A stretch of DNA of 27,760 nt from a virus (lineage: Duplodnaviria; Caudoviricetes). A program made the position numbers and the translations under genes. This document shows positions 26,636-27,760 of the stretch, in pieces. Each line of letters starts with the position of its first letter. Position 1 is the first letter of the stretch. The notes under the pieces were generated by a model. It searched no databases. It saw nothing but the letters and a program-made list of their open reading frames with translations, and had not been told where the DNA came from. The stretch lies in IMG/VR virus record IMGVR_UViG_3300033076_001599, positions 1-27,760 of that record; one strand, written 5' to 3'.

Positions 26636-27253
26636 TCAGAGAGGCTTTGATCGTCGGACTTCTGAGATCCACGTGCCATACAACAACGCGTGATCGATAT
26701 CGGGTGGTGTGACGACGTTGGACGCAGACGGGTGGGTGAGGAACTCATCGCGTAGGTTGACAAGGAGCGTCCCAAGCACGTTGTTGCCGAGGAGAGTTCC
26801 GTCATCTTGTCGCACAGCACCCCAGAAGCGATCCTTGTGAGATTCTTCCACGATGGGCATGGCACTCGTTGACTTGAGAACGTTTCCGAATTTGACCGTG
26901 TGTTGGCAGAGCTTCACCCGCAAGCACCAACCCATGACGATCTCCCTCACACCATCTTCCCAGTCGGGACGTGAGAGGTGTTTGTGTGCTTTCGACTTCA
27001 TCTTTGCAGACATCGGCGACTTTTGATCGATGATGATCTTTTGCACGTCTGGAAGATGAGGGAAGCGCAGCGCTGCATATAGTGCCTCCGTCGTTGGGAT
27101 GAGGATCCCATTCACCCGAATGGGAAAGTCGGCCATGTTTGACAGAGCGCCAAACCGATCTGTGACCCGATGAAAGACTGCGCACGTGGATGGCTTGTAT
27201 GAGTTCATTTTTCGCTCAACATCATCATCACGCGGAATCGGGATTCCCATCAA
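26636..27253 (-). CDS. NADAR-family ADP-ribosylhydrolase, DarG1-like
   Basis: FGALSNM, TTEALYAALRFPHLPDVQ, SPMSAKMKSK, RPDW, MGWCLRVKL, PIVEES.KDRFWGA, GNNVLGTLL. Start may be ATG 27208 (MNSYK). Confidence 0.92.
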   Translation of the reverse strand: MMGIPIPRDDDVERKMNSYKPSTCAVFHRVTDRFGALSNMADFPIRVNGILIPTTEALYAALRFPHLPDVQKIIIDQKSPMSAKMKSKAHKHLSRPDWEDGVREIVMGWCLRVKLCQHTVKFGNVLKSTSAMPIVEESHKDRFWGAVRQDDGTLLGNNVLGTLLVNLRDEFLTHPSASNVVTPPDIDHALLYGTWISEVRRSKPL

Positions 27254-27738
27254 CGCGTTCTGAGTGATCGTCCCTCCGTTGATCGTGGTGGAGGGAGACC
27301 GGCACGTTCTCGGGCCCGATTTCGTCGTAGGGTGCGCTCGCTCCTGCCCTCACCCCAACACACCACGTTGTTCACGACTGTTCGATGCAACGCTTCGAGG
27401 TGTCCGTCGGGATCGATGACGAGCGCTTCTCCAAGTTGTTGTCGGGCGTGATCGACGGTTGACCACACTGCACACCGTCTGCGGTGGAGTCCACCAACGA
27501 GACAGACCACCTCTGGCGAGTTCGCGACGAGCCAGCGTTTGTCTGCGATTTTGCCAAGCGACGGGCGGGTGATGAACGACAAGTCGGGAATCTCGCTCGA
27601 GATCGTGAGAATGATCGTGTCGTCCGGTGGACGCGTGTGAACGAGGTGTGTGAACTCGTGTTCGATCAGACCTGCGATGAGCGTCGCGAGCTGTGAATCG
27701 GTTGGGTTGTCGACTGAGCAGAAACCAATTGGGTGCAT
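27250..27738 (-). CDS. hypothetical protein
   Basis: Stop overlaps the 5' end of the NADAR ORF; no recognisable family. Confidence 0.55.
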   Translation of the reverse strand: MHPIGFCSVDNPTDSQLATLIAGLIEHEFTHLVHTRPPDDTIILTISSEIPDLSFITRPSLGKIADKRWLVANSPEVVCLVGGLHRRRCAVWSTVDHARQQLGEALVIDPDGHLEALHRTVVNNVVCWGEGRSERTLRRNRARERAGLPPPRSTEGRSLRTR

Positions 27739-27760
27739 CCCGTGATTGTCGACTCAAAGT

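Noticed and set aside
27640-27665. HEFTH as a zinc metalloprotease HExxH motif
   Set aside because: It lies near the N-terminus with no supporting zincin context; may be chance.

Overview
A GC-rich tailed dsDNA phage (or prophage) segment with podovirus-like architecture. A minus-strand morphogenesis operon runs from about 24.8 kb down to 1.8 kb: small terminase, GNAT, large terminase, portal, scaffold, major capsid, head-tail adaptor, nozzle-like protein, four ejection-type proteins, lectin-like and beta-helix receptor-binding proteins, and a holin-like protein. Accessory regions flank it on both sides. The left one has a divergent peptide deformylase and a membrane-anchored HTH protein. The right one has a GIY-YIG nuclease fused to an OB-fold-like domain and an orphan DarG1-type NADAR. 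The most unusual signal is non-coding: six dispersed copies of an ungapped 37-nt motif (GTGCCCTCGAAAT-NN-GATGAATGG-NNN-AAYCYACCWC). Five of them sit at or just after stop codons, and several are followed by a related hairpin. One pair is a direct repeat around the left accessory cassette, and another is an inverted repeat around three tail genes. The rightward accessory genes also share homologous leader motifs. No integrase, endolysin, replication gene, tRNA or CRISPR array was recognised. All functional calls are by eye from motifs and gene order; no database searches were run.
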